This document shows, piece by piece, positions 25,161-39,469 of a stretch of DNA of 64,000 nucleotides. The position numbers and the translations under genes were made by a program. This stretch comes from Hydrolagus colliei (lineage: Eukaryota): positions 72,912,001 to 72,976,000 of the forward strand of contig CM068742.1 of assembly GCA_035084275.1 (NCBI GenBank). Direction: 5' to 3'. The notes below the pieces were generated by a model. That model did no database searches and was not told where the DNA came from. It saw only the letters and a list, made by a program, of their open reading frames with translations. Numbering within the stretch: the stretch's first letter is position 1; the number at the start of each line of letters is the position of its first letter.

Positions 25161-26258
25161 GTTCTTTCTTCTAATGAAGGTGGGGAGGGGAAATGATTCC
25201 GGTTTTTGAGCATTACATTTTCGTGATAAATGAAAGCAACAATAATACCGTCATCTGGTGTCAATCTGAAAGAATGTTCCGACCTCTGAGGGTAACCAGT
25301 TGAGGTATCCAACCTAGTATTAGATCCAATAACAGACAGTCCCCTGCATGTTTGGCTTCAAAGTAGTGCCAAATGATCTAAACCAATTACCCAATGTTGT
25401 CTCCTTTATTATTGTTTATTTTCAATCGAACGAGAAGCTATTTTTGCGATGTGCTGTGGTCACAATGCATTACAGCACAAATTTACATTTATAAAATGCC
25501 CTTCATATCGGGATGAGGTCGGTAGGTGCTGGGTAGTTCAGGATATTGGACTGACCAATAACAGAACAAAGATCAATAGCAGAATTTTATGTTTGACTGG
25601 AGCGAGCAGCATTGAATGGTGAATTCCTTGATGCAACTGTAATTATCATTGTTGCAAGGAATCTTTAAATTGATGTTCTAATTTTAGTTCCACAGGTTAA
25701 GACATGAAGACATAAAACATTTTTCCGGCGTGTAGAATTACACAACAGTACACTTTGCAGATATTGCATTATCAAACGCTATTTTTAGGTATTGCTACTC
25801 TAATGTCACGCTATTATTTTTCCAGTACTTAGCATAGAGTTTCCTTATGCATATTCATGAGTGAGGAGACTGTAGGAGGCTACTTTTCTATGGGATATAT
25901 GACAAAGATGGATCCTTGATGAGCATTCCAGCAACATAGAGACAAGACATGGGCTAATGGACACAATTCTCCACACAGCACTATATTGCATCAATTTCAG
26001 CCATGCTTTTGTGGCAAACGTGGAGGCCATGAATTCCCCATATGGAAGGAGAGTGGCTCCAAGTTGCTTTCATGTGGGCAATGGTTGGAGAGCTCCATAA
26101 TAGGCCTAGAAACAAATCACTTGTGTGACTGCTTTCTCAGTGAGAGGTAAAGTGCTCTGAGACGCCATCTGGCGTGGAGGGCGCTATATAAATCAAAGTT
26201 GTTGTTATTATTGTTGTTACACACACCTCAGAGAATCCATCAAAGGGGAGAACATAAT

Positions 26259-26304
26259 GATATATATATATCTATATATATATCTATATATATATATTAT
26301 ATAT
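26259..26304. repeat. (TA)n microsatellite, interrupted
   Basis: atatatatatatctatatatatatctatatatatatattatatata. Confidence 0.95.
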
Positions 26305-26809
26305 AAAAAACACACAAATTTGTTTTGTCAGTTTGACCAGTTCTGTTAACTTAGAATTTGTTTTTATCCTTTACAAGGGAATCAGGTGATTTAGGCTTTC
26401 ATCCTGCAGTGAGGACCCTTCAGAGGATTCATTGCAAGGGAGGTGGATATACAGTAAACTTCTGAAAATCAAAGGTCTCAAGATAACAATTGCAACAAAT
26501 TGCATTTATATAGTGCCTTTCAGGTTGAAAGGACATCCCAAGGCACTGGATAGTTAAGGCTTTGCACCCAAGCTGGGAGTCACAATCATTAATCATAATA
26601 ATCCTTGCATTTGATGTAGCGCCTTATCACGTCTTCGAGACATCTCAAAGCGCTTCATGGCACAGACTGGAAAGTGGAGTGACTGTGTATTTTGCGGGTA
26701 AAACTCGATCAATTATACAGTAATGAATTTATTTTCAAAAGCATGTGTTTCTTTCCCTTGTAACCTTTCATAGTTTTTTTTCAAATGAGCAAAGAAATAG
26801 ATCCTGGGA

Positions 26810-27665
26810 CTATGGGAACGAGAGGGTAAATGGCAAGGTGGTGGGAAGATGACCAAAGGCATGGTTAAAGTTCAAAGGTGTTCGAATGGGCCCTGAAGGA
26901 GGTAAGAGTGGGGACAAGGCATTGGGATGGAGTTCCAGAAGGTGGGGTAGAAAGACAATTGTACAGTAGACAGGGTGGGGACGTGGAGCAGGCCATTGCC
27001 CACCGAACAGATGGAGTGGACAGGTTAGTGAAGGTTTAGTAGTACACAGTGATAGGGAGGAGCAAGACCGTGGATGGCTTTAAAGGACCCTCTGGGGCAA
27101 TGGGGAGCTAGTGGAGCCAGGCGAGGATAGGGATGATAGGGTCACAGAACTTAGTGTGGGAGAGGATTTGAGCTGAGTTCTGAATAATATGAAGCTTGTG
27201 CAGGGATTAGTTGAGAAGTCCATCGAGGAAAGAATTAGAATAGTCAAGCGTGGATGTAATGGAGGCATGGATGAGGATCTCAGCAGGTGAGGGGAGAGGC
27301 AGTGACAGAGCCAGGCAATGTTGCAGAGGTGAGGGAAGGCAGAACTGGTCATGGCATGAATGTGGGATGTAAACAACAGTTAAGGATGAAAGGTGACAAG
27401 ACAGTTCTATGAGGTGGATTATACATCCATGAATAGTGAGGTTATCAGTGCCTATGTGAGGAAACATTGGCATGAGCCAAGAAGGTGGGCCTTGGTCTTG
27501 TCGACATTCAACCGGAGAAAATTGGCTCTCATCCAGGACTTGATGTCTGATAACACTTTCTGTCAAGACAGGCAGTGGTTCAGGAGTCGAGGGTGGAAAC
27601 AGAGAGATAGAGATGGGTGACATCTGTGTACCTTAGCCTGTGGATGATATCCCTGAGTGGAAAAA
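26810..27665 (-). mobile_element. Degenerate L2 LINE 3' portion
   Basis: Minus-strand translations give fragments such as AEILIHASITSTLDYSNSFL and a WMRANFL-like segment; G-rich on the + strand. Confidence 0.8.
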
Positions 27666-28699
27666 TGTAAATATTAAAAAGGAAAGTGTCAAACATGAAG
27701 CATTTGGACCGTTGATGCTATTCTTTCCCTTTCGTAGCCCAGGGGCACTGAAGTCAATTTATTTTCTCATTTAAAAAAAATCTGTGAATGGCTACAAGAA
27801 AAATAAACACAAGCTTTTGAGAACAAATTCATTCCAAGCTGCATGCCTGGGCAATTATTGGCTATAAAAACAGTATTTTCATAGAAACATAGTTTATATA
27901 GCTGACAATAATCCTAAACAAGAAGGGATGGAGTCACAATTTTTTCACTTAATATGGTGTACATTAACTTGGCACAAAATGTTTAACAACTTTCCAAGTG
28001 GGAGATTTTGAAACATCTATTGTTAAATGAAAAGTAATGAAATGTTGGGCTGTTTAGGGTTTTCATAGGAGAGAATTTTATCTAAAATAAGGTCTAATTA
28101 GAGGTATTTCCTAATACAAACAAGGCTTCTTCCTATCTAGGCACATAAGAACCCTACACTCTCCCAGACAAGCTACTTTCAGCGTAGTTTCCGCATGTAA
28201 TGGGAATTCTAATGGGAATTTTTTATTGATGTGTTAAACACATTAATAATCCTTGAAACTTGATGTAGTATCTTATCATGTCATCAAAATATCTCAACGA
28301 CAACAAAATTACAATTGTTTATCAAAGTGCTTCACAGGATTTTATTGTAAGTGCCTTGGGACGTCCTCCTGACGTGAAAGGCGCTATACAAGTGTCATTT
28401 TGTTGTTGCTGTAGTTGTAAAGTGTAGCGACTGTGAATGTGTCAACCAATTTGCTCATAGTGATGGGCTACAAACAGCGAGAAGCGAATAATAATAACCA
28501 ATTTTATCTGGGGATTGTTGGCCAGGACACCGGGAGAAATTCCCTTATCTTCAAATGATGCCATGTGATCTTTAACGTTCAACCTGAACAGGCAGACAGG
28601 ACCTCAGTTTACCATCTCATCTGTAGGATGGCATTTACAGACTTCCAGGAAAGATAGTTGAGGCCAGGATGCTGGACTCATTATCAAAGCAGCTTGATG

Positions 28700-29060
28700 C
28701 CCGTCTCCATCAATACCTCACTCCAGAAGCTGCCGAAACCCTGGTCCATGTCTTTGTCACTCTTGGCTGGACTACTCCAATGCCATCCTCGCTGGTCTTC
28801 CCTTCTCCACCATTCGCAAAATCCAGCTCATCCAAAACTTCTCCGCCCGCATTCTCACCCACACCAAACTTTGTATCCCGATTACCGTAGTCCTTTCTAA
28901 ATTCCCCTGGCTGCCTGTCACAGAGCGGATCAACTTCAAGATACTCACTCTTATGTTTAAATCCTTCCACTCTTCTGCAACTCCCCCCCTACCTCTCTAA
29001 CCTCCTCTCTCCATACAGCAGTACCCACTGCCTGCACTCTACTGGGTCTGGCCTCCTCCT
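28700..29060 (+). mobile_element. L2 fragment inside an older SINE
   Basis: HQYLTPEAAETLVHVFVT; closely similar to 6115-6470. Confidence 0.8.
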
Positions 29061-31529
29061 TCATCCAAATTAATCTTATGAAATCTGACAATGCAGCACT
29101 CCCCAGTCCCACGTTGGAGTGTCAGCCTGCACAGTTTACAGTTCAAATGTACGACTTGAACCCACAGCCTTCTGACTCAAAGGTGAGTGCGTTTGCAACT
29201 GAGCCAGGGTGACATAATGTGAAAGGGAAAATTAGAGAAACACCACAAATTAATACAGCCCTGGATGGTTTTCAGTGATGTATGAATAACAACATAGTGT
29301 ACTTTAGTCACGGTGTCAAAACTATCGGCATTCTTTACATGATAAATCAGCGTGTCTGACATGTAATGCACTGTAATTAAATCGCAGGAATGTTTGTGTT
29401 ATGTGAAGGCTGCTGCTGTCCATCATTCCCACACTGTGTCCCTATATTCAGCTTTTCCCTCGTACCGGTGATCACTCAGGACACTCAAAACGTCCTCAGG
29501 ATGATTTTGTTAATATATATTGTAACACATAAAGAATTAATCCACAAGACAAATGTGTTACTTTGGATACATTGAATGAATCCATTCTTGAATGTTTTAA
29601 TGTCTAGCAAACTAACTCAGGCATTCTTAAATGTGTAATTTTTGATTATCACCAGATCCAAACACAGAAACAATTTGATCATTATTCATTGCAGGCTCCA
29701 CAATAGGCTGAGGAGCGAGGTAAACTGATGAGTAGTCCTGCCTGAAGCAGTTACCATCTTCCTGTTTACACAAATAGAAAATTACAATTGCAAATTTATT
29801 GCAAGATAGAAAACGAGCAGAGTGGCTACATAACTAAGTGCATTGGATGGCAACACACTATATGTTGTGTTTTGGGCTCTGTCATATTATATTTCCCTCT
29901 GCTATTGTAAGAGGACCTGCATTTTTTTTACATACTTAAAAAATTGTCTAAAGTCTCAGAATGATAAACGTAAGTATACTCATTCAAAGTCAACAATTCC
30001 AGTTACTTTGGAACATATATTTTGGTGGAGATTGTTATGCACTTATAGGTAAATTCTGAATTGTAGGATTATAAAAGAGCCTATCATTGAAAGCTGTATT
30101 TCTGTGAAACAAGCAGTACTTTGTTTACAGACTGTAAAAAAATCCAGAGATTTTAGATGTTTTTAGTTGAACGATGAAAGGCTGCCAGAAGGTAAGTGCA
30201 CATCAGTGTGAAAATGAACGAATTGAACATTACCACTTTGGGATGAACTCGAGGCTAAATGTTAGGGGTCAATGCCTTGTCATCACTAATAATAACAATC
30301 CTTTAATTAAATTAAAAATCTCCCATTAGAAAGAAGTAACAAAAGAAGAATTCTTGAGCCTTCAGAAGAGAGGAGAAAGTTCAAAGAACAAAGAAGCCGA
30401 TTTTGTTGCAAGCATTGTTAGACTAGGGTGTACACAAATGATGTCCATGCTGACGAAAGCTGTGCTGCCGAAGGAAAGAAAGACCTCTTAACTTATATAT
30501 ATATACTTGTCTTTGTCTTTTCCAGATGGTCACCTTCCTGAATCAGTCTACTCGTAATTTCAGTAAAAACCTTGTGCTACAATTGTACCACTCGTGTACA
30601 AAATAATGCTTAGCTGTGATTTAAGTACAAACAACTCTCCACACCTAGCACAATCTTACCTAAACAACAAAGTTACATCTGGTATAGCACCTTTCACATC
30701 TGGGGGGCAGTGGGGGGTGGGGTGGGGGGATGAACGCTTCATTTGGTATACTGTATTGTAAAGTGGAGTGATTGTGCTTTGTGGGCGTATGTGGCAGCCA
30801 ATTTTATGCGCAGCAATGTCCAAAACAAAAAAGAGCCATACTGAGTAAGCAACATTAATTGGGGGAATTGCTCACCATTGACCAGGAGAAATTACCTTCT
30901 TTTTTTCGAGTAGCAACCTGAACAGGCAGGCATAGGTCCACCTATTCCCCCGGAGGGATCTTCTACAGTATATAAATGGTGTGAATGAAATGTATCCTGT
31001 GGAATTTTCCCTGAAATAGAGTTTGAAATCTCTTGCAATGTTGGGAAAAACACTCACTTTAGTCACAAATTACGCGCCTTACGCAGCATTTAGCATTCGT
31101 GATGCTTTATTCGTTGAAAGCGGCGGGTGCAAAAGTTTTGTTATCTCCTAACAAATAGCTCAAACCATAAATAGAACAAATTGCCTAAGAATGTAAAATC
31201 AGAGAAAATAAAATTCCTTTTTGCTGAATACGCCAGATGTGATATGCACTTTTACCTGCAGCACGTAACATGGGCCAATATATTGCCTGATCCATTGCCT
31301 GGTGCAGGTGTGGTCTAATGTTCAGTTGTGAGTGTGAGAAACTACTTTTGAATCACAAAGTAAAGCAGCAATAGGAATGCAATGTGACTGGCTCATCATG
31401 TTTCATGAACACTGAAAGGCTGACATCTTAAATCGCTTAGGTATGAAACATAAATAATCTGTTACAATCACAAAACCAACAAGGTTCTGCTCTTCATTTG
31501 ACACTTACTTTCTGTCAAGCCACAGGCCC

Positions 31530-31945
31530 ATTTCCAACTTGCTCATTGTTGCTACGATGCTGGAATGAGTTGTCACCTTCGCTCTTTCCTCTTCAGCTTT
31601 CCTTCCTTGAACTCCTCCAATCTGGTTTGCACCTACTCACAACACTAGGATTGCCCTGGTTAATGTCACCAATGACCCTTTCTCCAGGGCTCTCGTTGCC
31701 TCTTTTGATTTCATTGATTTCTTTTCCAACTTTCGCATGGTCAACTAATCCATCCTTCTCCAACGTCTCAACTGCCTGTTCCACCTCTAAGGTTCTGCCC
31801 TTTCCTGGTTCCATTCCTATGTTTCCCAGCAAATATCAGCTTACTTCATGTCCACTGACTGATCCAACCCACCACTAGTAGATGAGTTTTCAGCCATTCT
31901 TTCCCCATTCTTTGGACCTACAGCATGGGATCCCTCTACCTTACT
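31530..31945 (+). mobile_element. Highly degenerate L2 RT fragment
   Basis: ELLQSGLH-like segment followed by ttgccctggttaatgtcaccaatgac, matching the ALVKVTND region. Confidence 0.6.
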
Positions 31946-31958
31946 GCTTGAAGACCTC

Positions 31959-32256
31959 TGGCGTTCTGTAGCTCAGTGGTTAGATCACTCGCCTTGCAAG
32001 CAAGAGACCCAGGTTCAAAACTTGGGCAAGTTTCTTTACTCCATAAACCTAATAATAATCCATCAAGAAAAATAAATAATAATTTGGTCACTCAATCCAC
32101 GACTGTTTGTGGGACATGCTGCGTGTAATTGGCTGCCTTGTTTTGCCCACAAGAATACAGTTAATTCACTTTACAATATACAGTATTCTGCGAAACGATT
32201 TGAAACGTCTAGAAGACATCAAAAATGCTATACCAACTGCAAGGATTACTATTATT
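31959..32256 (+). mobile_element. tRNA-derived SINE
   Basis: Head tgtagctcagtggttagatcactcgcc, family body and ATT tail. Confidence 0.88.
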
Positions 32257-35200
32257 ATCTACCTTTTCAACTCTTATTTGGGTATTCTTACCTCCACCTG
32301 ATCGTACCACCACCCTCCCCCACCCCCCCACTATGTAAAGCTCTCTGATACGTTCTCCAGGTGTGAAAGGCACTTATTACTAATTGAATTGACGAGAAAA
32401 GTCATACTGTATCCCTTTGCATTTGATGTAATAAAGAGGACTACAATGATATTATGTGTTTCTCCCAATGAATCTAGCCTCGTGGATTTTCATTGTATTT
32501 GACAGGTATGTGCAGACTGATTTTATTTTCATTGGGGAGAAATATTATCACTGGAGACAGTGACAGTGGAATTGAGAATGGCAGCATAAATAAACACCTC
32601 ACACAAGACAAGGGGCCGATGGACTTGTAGTCCTTCTCCCCAGGGATTCCCATGAACTTCACTCCGACCTACGAGAGCTCGCTGGTGGTACTTTAGTGAG
32701 TCTTTGGACATCCTTTTTAACTATTCAAGAACTTCAGTACCATTCCCCTACGCTGTTCAAAAATGGAGGCTAACAGGATTTATTTTGTGTTTATTTTTTT
32801 AAATGGCAAGTAAGACTGATGCTGATTTCAAAACTTTATTTGGAACACTCAGCTGGGGAAGTCAGAGCAGGATTTTGTGTTGGCCATATGACAGAAAATA
32901 GGTGTATTTTTTTTTCTTTAGAACCCTGTTTTTCATAGTCCTTTCACCCCACAGGATGCTGCCTGACCCAGAACATTGAATATTAGCCTCTGCCTTGTTG
33001 GGGCAGAGTACAGATGGCTGTATTGATGGACGTGCATATATAAAAATTTAATTGATTATTTTCAATCCACGACTGTTTGTGAGACACTGCTGTGCGCAAT
33101 TGGCTGCTGCATTTCACTCACATATATACTGTTAATTCACTTTTCAGTATATTCTGTGAAGTGCTTTGAGATGCCTGGAAGACACGAAAAGCTCTATATC
33201 AAATGCAAGAATTATTATCATTATCATCAATGGGTCAAGCACTTAGTGAAGCATTCACTCCCCAGCTAGTTTTGTTTCTGATTCTGATGACTTGCTTGAC
33301 TAGGACTGACAAACTCATCTTGGGGGAAGCTGAGATGCAGATGTTAAATGGAGGTGAGTGTTATATAAATCTAGGATGGGTGTTGGCGGGGACAGGGGAA
33401 TTCTGCCCTCAACCTTTATGACACATGTTAGTGTATCACTGAAGTCTCATTTGAGGTCTTAAGCTGAATTCAGACAGCAGAAATCAAATCTGTAATTTGT
33501 CATGATCAAAATAATGTTAGAATGATGGATGATAAAAGTAATTAAATATATCTGCACTGAAACCTGAACCAGAGCTGTGCTTTGGTGCACATGGCAAGCT
33601 GCAAATTTCTATTCATTTTAGCTATTAACATGTTTTGCATATACTGTATATGTTTGTATGTCTGGGGAAGGGAAACAGGGGTTGGTGGCAGTGGGTGTAG
33701 AGAGAGATGAGAAAAGGTATGTTTGGTGTTAGATGAAAGCTCTGTAGCTTGGAACAATGAACACAGCAAACATGCATGAATTTCTAACCAGGAATCCACT
33801 CATTTTGCATTGCAGCAAAGCTCATTTGCCACATCCATTTTGCTAACAATTATATTTGCATCACCTTTTGCACCAATCAAAGGGGGGATTTTGCGTCATT
33901 TTCTTTCGCTGCACCAAATCTGCCCTTTCTGAGCTCGTGTGCTATTTTCAAATGATAGATTGATGCTGGACAAGCTATCTGTGCTAGTTTTAAGATACTA
34001 TATTTAGGGCAAAGTAAAAAATGTTCATCGCAAATGCACGTCATTAATGTATTTTATAAAATGCTGTGAAGTTGCAATTCATGCCAACTTATTTCATACC
34101 ATATTGTATCCACACTTCCTGTTACTCAATTCAGCAGTAGCATGACTACACTGTTGCATCTTTGAGTATCTATGGACCATCCTCCTGTATTTTCTCCCCA
34201 TACTGTATCCACTGAGGAAGGAGTACTGTAGTTAGTTTGTTCCCAGCTAGAACACAAGTGGAGCAATAATGAGAGGTGTGCTCTGTGTGTTTGGCCTATT
34301 TAAGTGAGTTCCCCATGCGAGAGATGTGTGGTGTGTGTATACCCAGACCATCTACAAATGTTATCCACACGTAGGCAAGTAAGTCGTCAGCATAGCTATC
34401 CTTCACTCAGTCAGTAATTAGGTTCAATATTGCTCTCACCTTTGTACCTCTACTCAGTTGGGCTGCACACCCTGGCCCTCCCAAATCACTCCCCACTACT
34501 GCTACCCCAATGCTCAAGTGCTCAGTTTCTCTTCCTGTTCACAATTTACATCTTCTATTGTATGTCACTGTCCCAATGTTTATTTTAAGGAGAATGCTGT
34601 GTGTGTGTGGGGGGGGTGGGAGGGATGGGGGAGATTCTCTACTATGTTCTACTTGTTCTATAAAGAGAGCAGATGGCACATTATCATTACAAATGCACAC
34701 ACATCCATTTGGATTCTGTGGTTCACTGCCATCCTGGAGTTCACTGCTATACTGCAGTTCATCACCATACTGCCCTAATACAGCCAGTTTTATTACATAA
34801 GTGTGTTATGATACACTTCTTCGCTATTAGCATACTATATACTGACAGATTCTGGTACCATATTTTGCAATACAATATGAGAGTGAAGTTAATGGCATTT
34901 CATAATCACTTTTCTTGCCTCAATCAATGTGTCATGAGGTGCTGCATGTATTAATCCCATGGTATACAATTAAGATGATTATTACGTCAAATAGTCCCTG
35001 ATATAATGTAATCATAATTAAGATAATGATATTATATCGGAGACTATTCAAGTTTTGCCAACCTAGGTGGATTGTCCACAAAGGTGGTCACAAGTGGTCA
35101 CAAGCTGGATTCTGTGGTTAAAAGTTCCGTGTATTCACATGTATTTTCATTGATTTCTTTTGAAGAAGTCATACAATTAATGTGAAAGGCCATGTAAAGG

Positions 35201-37012
35201 CGCCTACAAATGTTTGTGGTTGTTGTTAATTAAATTTCATGAATCATGTAGTACATGTATTTTCATTACCTTATTTACAAAAGTATAGGTACAGTTATGT
35301 AAGTCAAAAAATTGTAAATTTAAGAGGATTGTCGACTTAATAAAAACAACAACTTGCATTTATATAGTGCCCTTCAAGGGGGCAGCATCTTGGAGTGGTT
35401 ATAAATGGCAATAAAACAAAGGCCTTTTAAATTGCGTTATACTGACATAAGGGTACCAGAGTTTACGTCAATTCAACAGTAAGTTTTTAGTAATAATTTA
35501 TGGAGAAGGGACCGGGACTTCGCTTTTTAGTTGATGTCGACGAATGGTTTGAGATATACGTAGGTAGGACTGTACCACTATAAAACTTGGGTTTGATTCC
35601 CAGCAGGTCAAAATGTTGGGCAAATTTCCTTTCACCACATGCCTCTGTTTACTTAGCTGTAAATAGGAACCAGATTGTTAGTTGATTAGCAGATCGTTTT
35701 TCCAGAGGTAATAATCGCTTCAGAAAATCATTTTTAAAAAAAGTAAAATTAGTCACTCAATCCTTGTGACTGGAATGCTGTTGTGGGATGCTGCTGTGTG
35801 CTATTGGCTACCGAATCTTGCCCACAAAATACACAGTCATTTTACACTATATCCTGTGAAACTCTATGAGATGTTCAGAAGATGGACTGAGGCGCTATGT
35901 CAAATGCAGGGATTATTATTATTATTGTAAATGTTTTCCTCTATTCCAAGGTCCATGTCTTCTTAATGTTTTGCTCCTGAACAAGTTAACTGTGGCTTCC
36001 TTGTTCGGAAGCAATTGTTTAAGTTGCTGTGTCCTCTGTGCTCTTCAGTTTCAAGTTTACATAGAATTTACAGCACAGAAGCAGACCATTCAGCCCAAAT
36101 AGTCCATGAAGCTCTACTCCTTGAACACAGGAGAAGTCGTAACAACTGACACTTTGTTCATCTCACTTTTTTGTGTGAAACATGTGGTAGTCTTATTGTT
36201 ACTGAAAATAAGGTGTGCCTGTACATCAGAATGCCAGGCCCTGATGCCATTTCGTTAGCGTTCATTAGCTAAAAAGAGAGGTAAACCACTATTTTTTAGG
36301 AGGAAAGGCAATGGTCTACATAGTAACTTAAATGAAAAAGTCAAGTTTGAGGAGAGTCTCCTTTATCTTGGAGGGAAATATAAAACACAAGCCATCACTT
36401 ATGTTTGGAAAGGGGTGTTGCCATTGATTTTCATTATAGTTACTGTTGCTGCACAGTCTCTCAGGGTTAATACTGGACATTTCCCTTGGGGTGCAACATT
36501 CATTCATTAGACAGAAGTGCCTTGGGGCAATGGTACGTGATCTCAAAGCCACACAGAGAAAGTCTTGTGTAAAATAATTGCACTGTGCAGAAACAAATCA
36601 GGCAGGTTTTTTTTCCCATAACGAGTGTCAGTGAATAAATATGTAGCAATGTAGTTGAAAGTTGCCCTAAAGGCTAGATAGAAAGTGAATAGGTGAATGG
36701 TCTTATTCTCTTTTTGGAAATGATTCCCTGGATATTACAATCTACAGCACTTACTCATTGTACTGAACTAGTTAAGAGATATGATAACTCCATTAAACCA
36801 AAACGTTAGCTACTAGTTACACGTGACAAATTGGGAATCCAGATATAAAATGAGCAAGTGACACCATCATTGGGTGTTTGATTTCAATACTGATTTGAAT
36901 GCTGTACGCATGTATACTTTGACCTCTCTATGCATTTGTTAGTAAAATGGTAAGAAGAAAGCAGTGAGTGCAAGTGTCTTTTTTTTATCACTGTGTGTGC
37001 TTTACTTCCTTG

Positions 37013-37325
37013 CTGGAATCCTGTAGCTCAGTGGTTGGAGTACTCGCCTCGCAAGTGGGAGACCTAAGTTCTATTCCCGTCAGGGCAAAATGTGGGGAAC
37101 GTTTCCCTACTCCACCGTTCTCTGTTTACCTAGCGGTAAGTAGGAACCTTGTTCTTAGTCGATTGGTGGATCGCTTTTCCAGGAAAAATAATTCCTGAAT
37201 TGGCTGCCGCGTTTTGCCCACAAAATATTCAGTCACCACACTCAACAGTGTATCCTATGAAGCGCTTTGAGATGTCTAGAAGATGTGATAAGGCGATATA
37301 TCAAATGGAAGGATAATATTATTAT
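37013..37325 (+). mobile_element. tRNA-derived SINE, longer subfamily
   Basis: Same head and tail plus an extra segment tctgtttacctagcggtaagtaggaacc. Related copies at ~35570-35926 (+) and ~42680-43052 (-). Confidence 0.8.
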
Positions 37326-39469
37326 CAGTGCTTGCTGTTTATTGATTATTTGTCAAATGTGTGTAACATGGATGAGAACGGCAGATTTCAGCACCATGGA
37401 AACACAAAATATATTGTATGCAGAGGGAAGCAGTCAATCTCGACTAAATGGAATAACAGCTGCAGGCCACCAGAAGGAAGCAAACCCAGGAATAATGAAC
37501 AGCCCCAACAGGGCAAAGGGCAAACAGCATCCAGCCACTTCCTGGAGTGAGAGTGGGGGTGTGTGGAGTGGGTTACTGGCCCGTCTCACAAAACAAAAAT
37601 AAAGTTTTACACCGAACAGTGTAGATGTTTAGTAATATACATGTAAACATACTTGTGAAATACATTTACCTGAATTGCATAAGTGTATGTAAGGTGTTTT
37701 CGACTAAAATTAGTACATGTGGCTACAATGGTGTGGCCACATCTGTGACTAGTCAGTGATTTCTATCGGGCAACACTGCACTAGATATAAAACATGGGTG
37801 TTGCTGAATTTCACATTCCCTTAGCACTTGCAGCCAAACTCCAGCTGTCTTTGAGATCTAACACGTCACCGCTAACAGAACACTTAACTTGGAAATAATC
37901 AGGAAGCACGTTCAATAATGTAAATTTTAGATTATCTGAATAATACTTTCAGATGCACTGAGACAGTAGACCAAGAGGACACATGTATAGACTTGCACAA
38001 AGGGGGCAATTTCAGGACAGATACCAAAACAGGTTTTCTTTACCAAGAAATTAATGATAGGAAGATGTTACCAGAAGTAGAGGACACTGAATGTATTCAA
38101 CAAACAGTATTATGCTACGGTGGGAGGAGTAGGGTGGGTTCACTGGAAGCAAGAATTCAAGTGAGCAGAAGGGCCTTCTTCATGTGAATCTCTCTTGTGA
38201 TCTTATGAATCAGACAAAGACAAGACACAAGCAAGCGAGAGAGTAAAAGAGAGAAAAAGAGAGAAAAAGAAAGAGCTTTGCGTTTTTACCATTCCTTATT
38301 ATGTTAAAATGTCTAAAATGCTTCATAAATAATTACTGTCTCTGTGTAGTAACTATGTTGATAGGCAAAAAAAATTTGTGTGAATATTGGTGTGAATTGA
38401 GATTTTATTTTCTCCATCTGAAATTCTTTATTAATATTTTACAAGGCACAGGCTGTTTTGGATTTTGTTCAGCAATACTCTGCGATACCAAATACAGCTT
38501 CTTCATTTCCCCACAGACCTTATTAATTTTCTTTGCTTTGCCTCCTTATCTCTGCTTATCTTACATAATTCAGATGAAATTAAGCACAAGCCTTTGGTTT
38601 TGTACCTGCTAGCAGGATAACATATCAAAAAGATATAGGTAGCTGCATGATATCCAGCTGCATGATATCTGGCTCTGACCTGAAGTGAAACCTGGCTCAA
38701 GCAGAGTAAGCTCTCATCCTTAATAAATGTGGATATTAGCCTCACCAATATTCACTGGGCACAATCTTCTGATTCTGGCTAAAATCTAGAGGCTATGTTT
38801 TAACAGACAGAAAACTGATTTCACTTAACTGGAAATCTCCTAATCCTCCAGAAATCAAATACCGATTGGATATTTTGACTGAGTCGTTATCTCTGGAGAG
38901 AATAATCAGAGCCAGAACAAAATGATGGGTTTAACAAGATCTAGACTCTGCTGGTGCACTTGTTCAGTATGTCTCCCATGACAGAAATCAGCTTCACAGA
39001 AGATCAAAGTCTGAGACTCCATGCCGACCTGAGAGGCTGCTGGAGATAGATCCTCTGTAATAAATTTTCATTCAGTGACTTTGCTCGTCATCCTTGGATG
39101 GCGGCAGAATTTAAATATTTGCCTGATTGAATTTAGACATTGCAGATGTTTCCTCTTATGAGCAGTAGAGACCTAAACGTTTCACCTAGTTTTAGCCTGT
39201 AAGACCGATTGGTTGTGAGACGCCGTCCGGGGCACTATATAAATTGAAATTGTAGCTGTTGTTGTAAGATTGGAGATTGTGAAGAATTGTAGAAAGATAT
39301 TCAGTTCATTCTTAATCTAAATGTCGGTTTACTCCAGTTCATCAAAAAGATTATCAAATACCGAATTTAAGATTCTTTCAACAATTCCGCACCAGCTTAA
39401 ATTTTCAGACAAAATCGCCTGATAGCCTAAGGCTAGGAGGAATTTCAGCCCCCCACCACACTCAACCTT

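Noticed and set aside
29725-29760. CTGATGAG as a possible hammerhead core
   Set aside because: No stem II followed by GAAA.
21830-30560. Scattered + strand splice-like signals (acceptors near 21847, 24123, 25695 and 30525; donor near 30192) suggesting a divergent lncRNA
   Set aside because: Such signals occur by chance in AT-rich DNA; no coherent exon chain or ORF without transcript data.
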